Below, in pieces: positions 1-11,198 of a DNA stretch of 64,000 bases; within the stretch, counting starts at the first letter, position 1; each line of letters starts with the position of its first letter. Made by a program: the position numbers and the translations under genes. The notes beneath the pieces were generated by a model. That model had not been told where the DNA came from. It did not search any database and saw nothing but the letters and a program-made list of their open reading frames with translations. The stretch is from Heterodontus francisci (taxonomy: Eukaryota): NCBI RefSeq assembly GCF_036365525.1, contig NC_090404.1:34648236-34712235 (forward strand), in the 5' to 3' direction.

Positions 1-119
1 AACGGTGATTTTATCAGGATAGAATCCTCTTATCAAGCATGTGAGAATGGCGGTGCTGGTATTTTGAATCTCCTCTGGTGATGGAGGCAGGAGGCGGACC
101 TTTGGCTGTATTGGCTCGA
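1..119 (-). CDS. IgNAR: IgNAR constant exon C3, 5' part (truncated by window edge)
   Basis: Acceptor ttctgttacag| at 120. Phase-1 translation (V)EPIQPKVRLLPPSPEEIQNTSTAILTCLIRGFYPDKITV is a C1-set Ig domain start with the C-L-I-R-G-F-Y-P motif typical of IgNAR C3. Confidence 0.95.
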
Positions 120-194
120 CTGTAACAGAATTTGAACCAGGGTTAGTCTTCCTTCCACTGTCATTTAAAAACAGGGTGATATATTTTTACCCAC

Positions 195-497
195 CTTTTG
201 TCTTTCTTGTTTGTTTTGTTACCGGATTTGATGATTGGCCCCCATGTGCTGAGCATGAGTATTCAACCCCGCTATCCCACTCTTCCACGCTGCTTGTCAA
301 GTGGCTGATTGTCAGGTACTGGTTTCCATCCTTTGTAGCTGCTTCGATTTGAACTCCTTCAATCCTCATCTTACCATCAACTGTCCAAGAGATCGCAATC
401 TCAGTGGGAACTGTAGAGACCACTTCACACAACAGGGCGGCAGTCTTATTGATCCAGATATCTTCAATGGAGGGATCTCTGAGAAATACTGTGATTT
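195..497 (-). CDS. IgNAR: IgNAR constant exon C2
   Basis: Acceptor ctcactgacag| (498) and donor AG|gtgggt (194); 303 nt, phase 1-1. Translation (E)ITVFLRDPSIEDIWINKTAALLCEVVSTVPTEIAISWTVDGK...LTSSVEEWDSGVEYSCSA...KQTRKTK has the canonical C-W-C. Confidence 0.96.
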
Positions 498-699
498 CTG
501 TCAGTGAGAAACGAGAGATTCAGAAACAGGACAATGCGTTAAGGTTGACAAATCCGTTTGTTTAGGAAGAATTTAATTTCAGTGACAATTGATAGCTGAT
601 GAGCATATTTTCACTGATTATTATTGAATTTAAAACATCATTCTGTTGTTTATGCACAGTTTGAGTTGAACCACTAATTTGAAAAAATAATTTATACTG

Positions 700-1100
700 A
701 ATGACAGGCAGAGAGACAAAAAGAGAGCTGGATACAAAGAGACAAACCGACAAAACAGAGAGCAACACAGAGATAATGAGCATCAGGAACAGGACAAGAG
801 AGAGAGAAATCGATAGGGAGAGACAGGCAGGGACAGAGCAGCAGAGAGAGAGGTAACAGCAGAAAGAGTGGGATGGAGAGACCATCAGAGAAAGAGTGAG
901 AGGCAGAGAAATAAAGAGAGAGGGGAGAGAAAGAGATAAAGGGAGTCCAACAGCCAGACACCAACAGAGATTTTTAAAAAAACATGCAGCGACATGGAAA
1001 CGGAGTGTGAGAGAGAGACAGTGGGTTATAAAGTGGGAGGGTGACAGACACAGAGAGAAAACCTGAGGGAGATGGAGAGAGAAAGAAAGAGAGAAATAGA
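700..1100. repeat. GA-rich low-complexity tract in the C1-C2 intron
   Basis: Interrupted (GA)n/GACA runs; explains the spurious Leu/Ser-rich ORFs at 562-1180. Confidence 0.85.
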
Positions 1101-1970
1101 CAAATGAATTGGGCCGATCGTGTTTGATGACTCCCTAGAATTGTTGTCCAAATAGTCGTATTTCCCTGGCTCTTACACATGTCGTTTTAAATAAAATATT
1201 TAAAAGAAAGAACCGTTTGTTGTTTTATTTCGGTTTTCTGATCATATCTGTCTCTTTAATTTAGGAGCAGTTCTCTCTCAATGTCTATCCCTCTCTCACT
1301 CACTGTTCTTACTTTCTCTGTCCCAATCTCACCTATTTCATTTTATTTACACAATTTTGTACCGAATGCAGCAGCAGATATAATAAATCCTCAGAAATGT
1401 AACGAGTAACTGAACCGTACTGTGAAATTTGATCCATTATTTTCTAAAGATACGCTTTTGATCTGTATTTCTGTCCTGTTTCACCTGGATTGATTTGGTG
1501 AATTAATTAAATGGGATGTGAGACGATCTTTATAAATTATTCCTAATATCGTAAAAGATTATGTTCGATGCGTTACATTGACCACAGCATCATATTCATG
1601 TCAAGACATCTTAGTGCCTTTTGCAATACTAGCCTGACAGTGAGCACCATCCAGTACTTCAGTCATTGCCGCTGAAATCGGGAATGATATAACACAGAAG
1701 GAGGCCATTCGGTCCATCGTGCCTGTGCTGGCTCTTTGAAAGAACAGCTTCAGGTAGCTCGGACGTTGCTGCTGAAACATTCCCAACAATTTTTACTATA
1801 GAATTCCAGTACACCATGAACTGGTACAGATGTCACTCACTGGACCAGTTCAGGAATGTTTAATCCTCATCGATAAATGGTCACAATAACATCCCAACTA
1901 ATCCAATATTGATACAGAAAGTGGGAATACTTCACTCGTGCAAGCTTCTGAATTGGTTTCATTTCCTCAC

Positions 1971-2285
1971 CTGATTTTGATCTAATGTCTTTCCGCTGTA
2001 CACTGTTGGTTGCAGAATGGGATACTTGGCAGCTGTACACAGAACCGCTACTCCATTCCTGTAGGGGCACTTTAAGGATGCTTCTGGAGCTAAAATCTCC
2101 ATTCGATGTTTTAGTTGGGGATGTGGTGGTAAAGCCAGACTGTATGGAGTTTCCATTCTTCTCCCAGCTGACTGTAATGCTTTCTGGTTTGTATTCACTG
2201 ATGAGGCAAAACAGTTGTACCAACCCTTTTATTCTCAGTTCGTCAGTTGCAGAGTAGAGGAGATTGATCGTTGGTGGAGCAGGTC
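1971..2285 (-). CDS. IgNAR: IgNAR constant exon C1
   Basis: Acceptor ttgtaattctag| (2286) and donor CAG|gtgagg (1970); 315 nt, phase 1-1. Translation (G)PAPPTINLLYSATDELRIKGLVQLFCLISEYKPESITVSWEK...LKVPLQEWSSGSVYSCQVSHSATNSVQRKDIRSKS is characteristic of IgNAR C1. Confidence 0.97.
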
Positions 2286-2324
2286 CTAGAATTACAAGGA
2301 TATTTTACTCCCTTCTATAATTAT

Positions 2325-2500
2325 GAGAAGACCATTTCCCTCATTTCCCGGCCGGCATTTATCCTTCAACCAACACCTAAAACTGATGATCTCATCATTA
2401 TCACATTGCTATTTGTGGGATCTTGCTGTGCGCGTTTCATACATTCCAATAGTGACTACTCTTCAAAAAGCGTTTGGACGTACTGAGGGCGTGAAAGACC
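2325..2500 (+). mobile_element. Deu-domain (SacSINE1-like) SINE 3' fragment
   Basis: atttatccttcaaccaacac...cattatcacattgctatttgtgggatcttgctgtgc resembles the reverse complement of the copies at 29455 and 41525. Confidence 0.6.
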
Positions 2501-3239
2501 CGATTGAAATTCAAGTCTTCATTTGTTTATTGAAATCATGGTCTCTGGTTAATTGTCATTTGTTTTATTTTCCTTTGTATTGCTGTGAAATATTTTCAAA
2601 ATTAGAGGCCAGCTATTGATTCTTAAGATAATATGATTGGCTGACAACCACTGCCTGAGCAAAGTTTAATACAAATAGATGGCATATAAGAAATTACTTT
2701 TTTTTTAAACGGCTTCTGAAATGTCACTGATCCATTTACATTCAAGATCACAATATATTGCTGTTCTATGAGTTGTGTTATATAGGGATTGCTTGTTTGT
2801 GAAGACATATTACGGGATAGGACAAGTCCAAGGCCCCAGTCTGATAAAGGAGGTTTCCAGGGGCAGTTGCTACTTATCCAATGCCTCTGTGTTTATCACA
2901 TTGCAATTTTCTGTTGGTGTGGCTGTGGCTATTGAAATTGGTAAGAAATGTAGGGATATCACAGTGGGCGTGTTGGGAGAAAGAAGTTTAGATATTGAAT
3001 GAACATTCATTTATTTTTATAAGTTGTTAATTTCTGAATAAAGAATGATCAATGCGCTGGGGCAAAATTATCCTCACCCTTGATGTGGGTGCAGTGATGG
3101 TCAGATATTAAATGTATATCCTTTATTATTTCCCCCATTCCTCCTCGTATTTCTTATCTACATGCAGCCCTTCAACGACACAATAGTTTTTACATGTCTA
3201 CTAACAATACCCAGCTCCCCCTCACCACCACTTCTCTTG

Positions 3240-4145
3240 ACTCCTTCACTGTCTCTAAATTGTCAGACTGTTAGTTCAACTTCCAATAGTGGATGAGCAG
3301 AAATTTACTCCAACTAAATATTGGGAAGACAAAAGCCATTGTCTTCAGTTCCTGCTGTAAAGTCCATTCCCTCGCTACTGACTTCATTTCTCTCTCTTGC
3401 AACTGTCTCCAGGTAAACCAAGCCGTTTGCCACTTTGATGTCATATTTGACTAGTAGATCAGCTTCTGACCACATATACGTACTCCCCATCACTAAAACC
3501 GCCTATTTCCACCTCCATAATGTGACATGACTTCGCCCCTGCCTCAGCTCTTCTGCTGCTGAAAACGTCCTTCTTGCCTATGTTACCTTATAGACTCGAC
3601 CGTTGCAATGCACTCCTGCCCATACTCCCTAAAAGTAAGGTCATCCAAAACTCTGCTGACCGTTTCTTAATCACACCAAGTCCTGTTCACACACCATCAT
3701 TGTGCTGGCTGACCTACATGGTGCCTCGATCAACCAACCCTTTGATTTGAAAATTCTCATCACTGCCTTCAAGTCCCTCATGGCCTCGCCCATCCTTACC
3801 TCTGTAATCTCCTCCAGTTCCACAACTCTCCGAGATATCCGCGTTCATCTAATTCTGGCCTCTTGAGCAGCGCCAATCTTAATTGTTCCACAGTTGGTGT
3901 CCATGCCTTCAGCTGCCTTTCTGAAATCCCTCCTAATTTTCTCTGCCTCTTTACCTCTCTTTATTTCTTTCAGGTACTCCTTAAAACCTTTCTCCTTGAC
4001 AAAGCTTTTGGCCATGCACTGTAATATCACCTTATGTGGGTCGTTGTCAAATTTTGTTTTATAACGTTTTTGTGAGGTGCCTTGTACATTCTATTACATT
4101 AAAAAGCGCTATATAAATGCAAGTTGTTGTTGTTGTTGTTTGTTA
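3240..4145 (+). mobile_element. L2-clade LINE 3' fragment
   Basis: Decayed RT C-terminal region (WMSxNxLQLNIGKTKAIVF-like; cgcctatttccacctcc), ending in gctatataaatgcaag(ttg)n tail. Confidence 0.7.
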
Positions 4146-4225
4146 CCAATAATCTGTTTTGATTTGTGTGCTTATGGAGCAAATTGATTTCTTAACTTTA
4201 CAGGGAATTGTTTTTGAAACAGAGC

Positions 4226-4380
4226 GGGTGGCACAGCGGCGCAATGGTTAGCATCGCAGCCTCACAGCTCCAGCGACCTGGGTTTAGTTCTGGGTACTGC
4301 CTGGGTGCAGTTTACAAGTTCTCCCTGTGACCGTGTGGGTTTCTGTTGGGTGTTCCGGTTTCCTCCAACAGCCAAAGACT
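4226..4380 (+). mobile_element. HE1-type tRNA-derived V-SINE, 3'-truncated
   Basis: gggtggcacagcggcgcaatggttagc...ggtttcctcc head matches full copies at 28804 and 59260; stops at ...gccaaagact. Confidence 0.85.
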
Positions 4381-4515
4381 GGGTTCCGAAGAAGGGTCAC
4401 TGACCCGAAACGTTAACTCAGCTTCTTTCTCCACAGATGCTGCCAGACCTGCTGAGTATTTCCAGCATTTCTTGTTTTTATTTCAGATTTCCAGCATCCA
4501 CAGTATTTTGCTCTC
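4381..4515 (+). mobile_element. Penelope-like element terminal repeat carrying a minimal hammerhead-ribozyme motif
   Basis: CCGAAGA-A-GGGTC(ACT)GACCC-GAAA-CGTT-AACTC, followed by tctccacagatgctgccagacctgctgagtatttccagca; homologous copies at 33540 and 36510. Confidence 0.65.
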
Positions 4516-4569
4516 ATAATTTGAATGTCTGTTATAATTTATTCTCATGAAAAGTTCCCAAATTTCACT

Positions 4570-5075
4570 TGCTCCCAAAGTGACTTCAGTCTTTTGCCGT
4601 CACTGTCTGAGGTGGAACCAGTCTGTTCTTAACCTGGATGTCAGATTTGACCCTAAGATAAACTTCTGACCCCATATCCTCGTCACTGCAAACGCCGTTT
4701 ACGTCCACATCTGTAAGATTTCCTTCCTCCGCCCCTGCCTCCGCCTATCTGCAGCCTCGCCTATTCCAATCTCTCCAAGCCGGCCTCCCACCTTTCATCC
4801 TCCATAAAATTGAGCTGATCCAAAATTCTGTTGCCTGGATACAAACTTGCACCAAGTCCTGTTCATGCATCACTCCTGTGCTTAGTGACATACATTTGCT
4901 TCCAGTTGTACACCACCTCGAATTTAAAATTATCATCCTTGTGGTCAAATTCTCATGTCTGTCTCTGAAACCTTCTCCAACATTAAAACCCTCCGAGATC
5001 TCTGTCCTTCTCCAATCCTGGTCTCTTACCCATCTCTGATTTCCAACGTCCCACCATTGGCAGCCAGATAAGAAG
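4570..5075 (+). mobile_element. second L2-like LINE fragment
   Basis: Homologous to 3400-3900 (tcatccaaaa(c/t)tctg...accaagtcctgttca...catcac). Confidence 0.6.
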
Positions 5076-5103
5076 CAACATTATAAAACTTAGAGCATCT
5101 GTA

Positions 5104-7150
5104 ATCATAGAGTCACTAAATGCTACAACACAGAAGGAGGTCATTCCATGATAGTGCCTGTGCCTGGCTCTTTGAAGGAACGATCCAATTCGTCCTAGTC
5201 CCTGCTTTTCCTCCACAGCTCTGCAATTTTCTCCCTTTACGTTTTTATCCAACTTACCTTTGGAAGTTACAATTGAATCAGCTTCCACTAGGCTTTCAGG
5301 CAGTGCATTTCACATCGTAACAACTCAATACATAAAAAGCTCTCTATCTCTCCTCCAGTTCCTTTTCTTCACTCTGTGTCCACGTGTTCCTGACGTCTCT
5401 GACACTGAAAACAGTTTGTCCTGAACTATTCTATCAAAACATTTCGGGATTTTAGCAGCTCCATTACATCTTACCTTAACATGCCCTGCTCCGAGAGGAA
5501 CAATCCCAGTTTCAATAAAGCTTCCTCACAACTAACATCACTGGTTCCATTGTTGTAAATTTCCTCTGCACCCTTCCTAAGGGTTTAATTTCCTTCCTTA
5601 AATGTGGTTCATAAAATGGTCACATAATTCCAGGTGGGGCTTAACCATTGACTTTTAAGATCCAGCATATCTTCCATGCATTTGTAATCTCTGTCTCTGA
5701 TGATAAATGCCACCTTCAAATATTTGTGTACATGCAGACCCAGGTCTCTCCGTTCCTGCACCCCCTAAAAATTGCATCATTTAGTTTATATTGTCTCTCC
5801 TCATTCTTTCTACCAAAATGCAGCACTTAACACGTCTCTTCATTCAATTGTACCTGCCATGTGTCTGCCTTTTTGATCAATCAGTCTATATTTTCGTCGC
5901 TGTTTTCTACAATAGCAAGTTTCATGTCATCTCCAAACTTTGAAATTAGCCCTGTATCCTCTAGTCCAGGTCATTAATTTATATCCAAAAGAGCAGTAGT
6001 ATTAATAATGCTGGGTGGCACCACTGTATGCGAGTTCCCAGTTCGAAAGATAATTGTATACCACTACTCCCCGCTTTGTGTTTCTTGGCTAATCTCGTAA
6101 CAACGCAGTCGCTGCCCCCAAAATCACATGGACTAAACATTTGCTAACAAGTCTATTATGTAGTACTTTATCAAAACAACTTTTGAATTTCAATTTACAT
6201 CAACATCATTCACACTACCCTCATCAACATTTTCCAATACACCATCAATGAACTGAACCAAATTAGTTAAGCACGATTTTTCTTTAACAAATCTGAGATG
6301 CTGTCAATTATTAACGCTTATTTTCCCAAGTGTCAATCTATTTTGCCTCACATTATTGCCTCTAAAAATTTCTCAATCACCTACATGAGGCTGACTGGCT
6401 GCAGTCGTCGGGTTTATAACTCTTCACATTTTGGACAAAGGTCTAACATTTTATGTTCTCCAGTCCTATGGGACCATTCCAATATCTGAGGAGGAATGGA
6501 ATATTGCGGCCAGAACCTCAGCTATGCCCATCCTTACTTCCCTGAACAAGTTAGGATGCATTCTATCCGTCCAGGTGACTTTTTACTTGAATCTTTGCCA
6601 ACCTTTTAATTATCACATCTTTATCTATCTTAACCTATTTTCCCTACTACCTCCTCATTTGCTGTGACATTGGCAGCATCCTCAGTTTTAGTAAAGATAA
6701 ATGGCAACTATTTATTTAGTACCTCAGCCAAGCCCTCGAACTCCACAAAAATATATGTTTTGGTCCCTAATCAGTTCCACCCTTCATTTGATAATCATTT
6801 TACTATTCATAAGTTTATAAAAAGACTTTTGAGTTCCCTTTTATTTTAGCTGTTAATCTTATACTCTTTCTTTTCACCTCCATTCCCTTTTTCAGTTCCC
6901 CCTGCACTTCCTATACTCAGCTTGCTTCTCTACTGAATTATCATAAGCTTCCGGTTTTGTATCATTTCAACACTGTAGCTTTACTGTTTCATGGAGCTCT
7001 ATCTTTGGATGCTCTTCCCTTGCCTCTCATGGAAATGCACCAACCCTATTGCCGAAACATCTCATCTTTGAAGACTTCCTGTTATGCTTACTGTTTTACC
7101 TACCAATTTTTGATTACAATCCAATATCTACTTCTGTTCAAACTAATCTC
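5104..7150 (-). mobile_element. degenerate CR1 (HER1-like) LINE in the J-C1 intron
   Basis: CR1 3' tail (atcatagagtc...acagaaggaggtcattc) and decayed RT/EN sequence, homologous to the CR1 copies at 22965 and 40500. Confidence 0.75.
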
Positions 7151-9394
7151 CAATACTAATTATTATATTTTCGGAATCCTCACATCTAACGTTCAGTCAT
7201 TGCAAGCTTGCAGGTTATCGACAAAGACAATGATGCAAGGTATACATAGTACAACAGGATGGTTCAGAACGAACCAATATGGAGAAACGTGACCGAGAAG
7301 AGCGGCCATTTATGAATTGTTAATTCATTCATCAGCAGTAAATCAGAATCTTCTGTCAAATGAGGAAAACATTATAAAATTACAAAGTGTTCATTTGATG
7401 TCACTTCTGACCGTTTCAGTGAATATACTAGGAATAATGTAAAAGTAAGGTTGGAACTGAGAATCTCTTTATTACGCTAGTTTGGGATTGTTTCTTCTCA
7501 ATATAAATGTGACACACTATTAAAGAAACTGTTCAGGTTAGATTCAGCTCTGTTAATTGGCCCTGTCGTTAACTCTGTTCCCTAACCACTGGTTCTATCG
7601 GCCTACCTGACCACTGTCTTCGGCACAAGCAGACTGTTCACAGTCTCTACATCCTCTTCATACCAGAGCCTCATATCCTTTCACCCCATATTCTCTCAAC
7701 ACAATGAACGCCCACTTCAGTCTCTAACATCACCTGCCCGCAATACTACCTCAGACAATTTGCAACTGATCCCTTCCTGCATGCCTTTATCAGCTTTATT
7801 TCCTGCAATGCAGAAACATCAGTTTACCCAACAGTCGCCAGCTGCACCAAGTTCCAATCAACCATCAGTCCTGTCCTCGCTGATATTTATTACTTCCCTA
7901 TGTTTCCAATTTAAAAGTCTTCTACTTGTCTTCATCTCGCTTTTTCCTACTTCTAGATCCTCCCTCAGTACTGAACCCTGTGTCTCTAATTAAATTAAAG
8001 GCACGACATAAATTCAAGTAGTTATTGCTGATTTGAGGGATCGGTTTATAATTTGACTATTGCTGAATAAATATTGTTATAGTTGAGAATTCTAACAATG
8101 TGGGTTTCAAGAAATTGTGAATAAACCTTATTGAGGAACTATAGGAAGTGTTGAAGTGAAAATAAATTGTGAAACTTTCCTCAGAACTGGATCAATGGGA
8201 AAAGATGGATTCTGCTTCAGTCTGTTACAGGTGGCCAAGAAATTAAGTATGGGGCATGATTTACGATTCTACACTTCTAGCACAGATCTGGAATTTGCAC
8301 AATCCCAACCCCATAAGTTTCAATGGACTGAAAAGCGGGTACTGGGAGTGCGACATTCCCATTCATTTGAATGAAGAAAAGTGAGACACAGAGCAAACTG
8401 GTCTGTGGGACAGTGGAAGGCTGGGACTAGTTCAGTAAAATCATGTGGCAGAATTCGAGGATTTGGCAATCGCTAAAACAAATAGGTTCAAAACATTCCG
8501 AAGCACCCAATGGAATTTACAATATGTGCTGTGAGCCAGAGATATTTTGCGCTCTGCTGTGTTAGGGTGAAATATACAAACAAGCAGATATAATTTAAAT
8601 ATTCAAGGCACACAACATAGGCAGAGTTGGGCGGGGCTCGTTCAGGAGTCTAGAAAATATTGGTAGCGAAAAATAATATCACAGAAAAATAGATAAATCT
8701 CCAATCATATGTGATTTTCTTTTACAAAAGACTGGTTGAAAAATATATACATCTTTTTAAAACAATCAAAGAGGAAGTAATGAAATGACAAAGTGGAAAT
8801 AAACAAATTAATTAGCTGGAAAACGACCAACACCAACAATGCAAGTAGTAAATTCTTAATCATTGGGCAAGTTGGAAGATCACATAAAATGATTTGCCTA
8901 TGATAGTGTGAATGTGAATACCATTGACAGATATTAATACCATTGCTTTACTCGTTGTATTCAGGCAGAGGAGGCAAAGAATGAAATTAGTTCGAAATAT
9001 CACCGTTGCTCATCTCAGGGAACCGCATTTAACGCTTGATTTTCCTAAGTTCAATATTCTGCAACCACTTTTAAATAAACAAATTAACCTTTGAATTAAT
9101 GTAGCGGACAGAATAAAGTGGTTGGTCCTGGAATATCACATCGGAAAGCTGACAGTTTTTTGCTTTTTATTTAAGCTGGGAGGTATCGGTTGTTTTGGGA
9201 GGTAATTCCATTGAGGAACAACATGTATCGAGGTGTGAAATGGAACCAATCGGCTTTTCTCACCATCCACTCGCCTGCCTTCTTCGAGAGTTTTTCCTTT
9301 TGATAAGTGACATGTTCTATCTCTGCGATAAAAGCTGTACCTTAGCAATGTTTCTAGTCTAATCTGTATCACACTGTTCACCTTCAAATACAAT

Positions 9395-9585
9395 GGGCCA
9401 GAAATTCTTCTCAGGCGATGGCGCAGAACAGGCTTTATCGGATCAGGCGCCTGTTAAAGGCAGCGCCTGATATTCAGTTCCATTGTTGACAACGGAATTT
9501 AATATCAAGCGCTGCATAGAACGGGCGGCCGATCCGATCCGATCCCACCCGTTTTACATCACCGCCCAAGATGAATATCGAGCAC
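9395..9585. mobile_element. palindromic MITE-like element
   Basis: Imperfect ~190-bp foldback centred on gttccattgttgacaacggaat; related fragment at ~29295-29420. Confidence 0.6.
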
Positions 9586-9865
9586 TCAGATTCCAAATAA
9601 ATAGACTGCTTCCTCAAATTTAAAATAAGTTAGTAATTCAAGACGTCACTATTCTCCTTAAAGCAGTAAATAAAGAGACCACTTATTTCATTTCCAAACA
9701 CAGACTTTAAAAGAGAACCTACTTTTTACACTGTAACCTACTGTAGTTTCAAAGTTCTCTGCTGTTCAGCGCAGTCTTATACACAGAGCCCTCCTATTAG
9801 CTGAAACATGGGTGTCCAGGGAAGTGGTTTCCATATACCCAGGATTCCAACAGAAGAACAGTCTA

Positions 9866-10138
9866 GGGGGTGAAATTGGTCTACATCAGTAGCACAACAG
9901 CGGCTCATCGTGAATCGGCAGTTGGTTTTTCACCAGGTCTCATGGACTTTCCACTGTGGTTCACAGTTCAAGCTCTTTCAGAAGCTCGATAGTTTCATTG
10001 ATACTTTGACTTAGTTTGAAATTAAAACCTTGGCAACGTTTTCCAAGTCAATGAGTGAAAATAGCTGCCACCTTGTTTAACAGGCTGTCCATTCACTATG
10101 CCCCGTTTTGCGCTACAGGATGAGACCAATTTCGTCCC
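9866..10138. mobile_element. MITE with terminal inverted repeats
   Basis: Ends ggggtgaaattggtct ... agaccaatttcgtccc are near-perfect inverted repeats, and subterminal arms are also complementary. Confidence 0.65.
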
Positions 10139-10725
10139 GACAATGGGTCAGTTTCTAGGTCGCTGACATGTGCGCCTTTAATCCAGAGTCACAAATGTCA
10201 GAATTTGTACTTGCAGGTTGTGTGCCGATATTAACTGAACAGATACTCTTTTATACAAAAAGGTTTTTAGAAGTGGCACAGAATTCGTAAACAGCAGTTT
10301 ATACAATTTCATCCACTCCTTGCTTGGAGAAATTTTCTCTCGCCCCAGAATTGCATTAATTTATGAATCTGAAATAGTTTACATTAAGGATATACAGGGA
10401 CAGCTCTGTAAGGAAGTAACTTCAGAAGACTCGGTCAGTTTTATCTGTTGAAACTAACATCATCTATTCAGATCAGCATCTAAAGTCATACATGAGAGGT
10501 AAATTACAGAATTAAATCCATGTTCAATTTATTCTTGGGTAAAATCGCTTTTGAAAAATATATTCTAAGTTTAAGCCAAATAAACTGATAGCTAACCTAA
10601 CCGAGTCAGTTGAAAAACTGCAGCTATTGCGTTTGTTGTTCAGGCAATTTTGAACGAGAGCACTGATTTTTCTTACCCTCTATCGAAAAGATTTTAGTGA
10701 TAAAGTAGCAAGAGAGGTGACTTAC

Positions 10726-10778
10726 CAGAGTTCACAGTCAGCACGGTGCCAGCTCCGTCGTAGTAGTAACTGGAGCTA
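10726..10778 (-). CDS. IgNAR: IgNAR J segment
   Basis: T-AGC TCC AGT TAC TAC TAC GAC GGA GCT GGC ACC GTG CTG ACT GTG AAC TCT G|gtaagt = SSSYYYDGAGTVLTVNS; GxG motif and phase-1 donor at 10725. Confidence 0.97.
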
Positions 10779-10817
10779 CACAGTCAGTCAGCTCCCAGTC
10801 AGCCCAGTTCAAAAAGG
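10779..10817 (+). other. J recombination signal sequence (23-bp spacer)
   Basis: Heptamer CACAGTC 10779-10785, 23-bp spacer, nonamer TCAAAAAGG 10809-10817. Confidence 0.92.
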
Positions 10818-11130
10818 GTCAATGAAACAATGGTCCGTTAATAAATATAACAAAGTAACACTGATCAAAAGGATCATTCGAATATATTAGTGATTAATAA
10901 ATCTTCATTTTCCTGTCAGTTGCTATCCATCCAGCTATTTTCTATGTACAATGTGAACTCCTGTAGCTCTGAAAAAAACATTCCGCTGATTTAACATCGG
11001 AGAATGGGGATAGATTTCAAACAAAGGTCGACCTAAAATTGATTTCAAACTCTGTGTAGTAACAACGATGAGGAAGAAATCGCATTATGCAGCCGCATTC
11101 ACTAATAGTTAAATAAATAACTGTTTGAGA

Positions 11131-11198
11131 GGTTTGTGCTGTTGCCTGAATCACTGTGTCATCGCAGCTGCACATCATTTCACACCAGCACAAGAAAT
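11131..11198 (-). other. IgNAR: IgNAR D3 segment (coding 11159-11170, CAGCTGCGATGA) flanked by 12/12 RSSs
   Basis: J-side RSS: CACAGTG 11158-11152, 12 bp, GCACAAACC 11139-11131. V-side RSS: CACATCA 11171-11177, 12 bp, ACAAGAAAT 11190-11198. Confidence 0.88.

Noticed and set aside
562-1180. Hydrophobic Leu/Ser/Cys-rich ORFs resembling membrane proteins
   Set aside because: Translation of the (TC)n low-complexity strand of the C1-C2 intron.
1867-1970. C1 read-through giving a 34-aa aromatic tail (possible V-C1 isoform)
   Set aside because: The C1 donor is strong (CAG|GTGAGG), the tail is not a convincing TM or secretory tailpiece, and no nearby poly(A) signal was seen.
9264-9322. Possible hinge mini-exon in the J-C1 intron (ttttatcgcag|...GATG|gtgaga)
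   Set aside because: 59 nt would shift the frame between J and C1; an in-frame 57-nt version needs an atypical AGAG acceptor and is not Pro-rich. RNA-seq could overturn this.
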